From the NCBI RefSeq assembly GCF_006345805.1, contig NC_043002.1, forward strand, positions 97,774,001-97,838,000: a stretch of 64,000 nucleotides of DNA. The letters run 5' to 3'. The position numbers and the translations under genes were made by a program. The stretch comes from Octopus sinensis (lineage: Eukaryota). This document shows, piece after piece, positions 62,903-64,000 of the stretch. Below the pieces are notes generated by a model that ran no database searches, was not told where the DNA came from, and worked only from the letters and a program-made list of their open reading frames with translations. Numbering within the stretch: the stretch's first letter is position 1; every line of letters starts with the position of its first letter.

Positions 62903-63172
62903 CTAGCAGTATCGCCCGGCGTTGCTCGGGTTTGTAAGGGAAATAACTTTACTACCCACAAGGGGCTAAACACAGAGAGGACAAACAAGGACAGATAAAC
63001 GGATTAAGTCGATTACATCGATCCCAGTGCGTAACTGGTACTTATTTAATCGATCCCGAAAGGATGAAAGGCAAAGTCGACCTCGGCGGAATTTGAACTC
63101 AGAACGTAGCGGCAGACGAAATACTGCTAAGCCTTTCGCCCGGCGTGCTAACGTTTCTGCCAGCTCGCCGCC
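62903..63172 (-). mobile_element. SINE-B (62948-63172) joined to a Helitron H1 3' end (62903-62947)
   Basis: Junction gggaaataac|tttactacccacaagggg. Confidence 0.85.
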
Positions 63173-63264
63173 TTATATAGTAAATACCATAGTCCATACC
63201 CACAGTTTACACAGTTTACACAGTTTACACAGGTAGAGTAGAATAGTTAGTGGACTGTTAGGTA

Positions 63265-63422
63265 GATAAATAGAGAATACCAAACGAGTTCCCTATGGAT
63301 ACCGTATTTATTACAACGAGTGGCTTGTAAACGTATCTAACGAGCGAAAGTGAGTTAGATACGTTTACAAGCCACGAGTAATACGGTATCCACAGGGAAT
63401 GAGTTTGGTATTTTATTTATTA
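63265..63422. repeat. Long imperfect palindrome (~60-bp arms)
   Basis: gtggcttgtaaacgtatctaac / gttagatacgtttacaagccac inner arm is perfect (22 bp); the outer arms are imperfect. Confidence 0.9.
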
Positions 63423-63508
63423 CACACGAATAAACGACCATATTTTATTAACCCAATAACTAAATTCTTCACGTTTAGTTGTAACTTATGAATGACAAAA
63501 GTAGTGCC

Positions 63509-63612
63509 GTCACCGTGACCTCGGGTCATCACCATGAATTGACCAATCAAAAGCAGCGCTGTCACCGTGACCTCGGGTCATCACCATGGATTGACCAATC
63601 AGAAGCAGCGCT
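63509..63612 (+). repeat. 52-bp tandem duplication, each unit with a CCAAT box
   Basis: gtcaccgtgacctcgggtcatcaccatg(a/g)attgaccaatca(a/g)aagcagcgct x2. Confidence 0.9.
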
Positions 63613-64000
63613 CGCAGTATCTGACATATGTTAGATACCAAAATTATCTCAAAGTGTTCTCACTCACATGTGTGTAATAAATGTATGTATGTGTGTGTGT
63701 GGGTGTGAGTGTGTGTGTGTATGCACCCCCCTTTTTTCTGTGTGTAAGCACATAGATAGAAAATAAATAAATAAATAAATAAACAGATCAACATAGAGAC
63801 GGATAGGTACATAGGTTACAAGGACAGATACAAGAACATAGGTTACAAGACACGGATCCACACATATAAAGATGCACATCCATACATACAAACATGGTAC
63901 ATAGTTGCATAACACACACACACAGACATGCACACACAAGGAGACAGCGGTGCATACATATACAAATACACACTCACACACACACATACATAGAAAATAC

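Overview
This is eukaryotic, AT-rich, repeat-saturated genomic DNA with no recognisable host protein-coding gene, rRNA, intact tRNA or CRISPR array. The SINE families and microsatellite load resemble octopus (coleoid cephalopod) DNA; this is an inference from memory, not a database result. Decayed retroelements include a Penelope-like RT/GIY-YIG element, CR1-group LINEs, several RTE LINEs, an R4/Dong-like RLE LINE and Tx1-like 3' ends. There are about 35 tRNA-derived SINE copies from three main families (my labels A, B, C). Also present are non-autonomous Helitrons plus a RepHel relic, a Helentron-type HINE, piggyBac, mariner and foldback MITEs, and very long (TA)n, (TATG)n, (CTAT)n, (CA)n and (GA)n tracts. 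Most ORF-track entries are microsatellite or antisense artefacts. Best leads: (1) a hammerhead-ribozyme-like fold at 6625-6686 whose three core strands are in a non-circularly permuted order, at the junction of an 831-bp pLTR/retrozyme-like direct repeat; (2) an 11-unit ~61-bp array of pseudoknot-like units in an RTE 3' UTR; (3) two SINE-LINE 3'-tail partnerships visible in the window (SINE-A with CR1, with a compensatory hairpin; SINE-B with Tx1); (4) a Tx1-like element that sits only in (CTAT)n tracts; (5) apparent self-targeted SINE-B arrays. All alignments and folds were done by eye; boundaries are approximate to about 10-20 bp unless stated.
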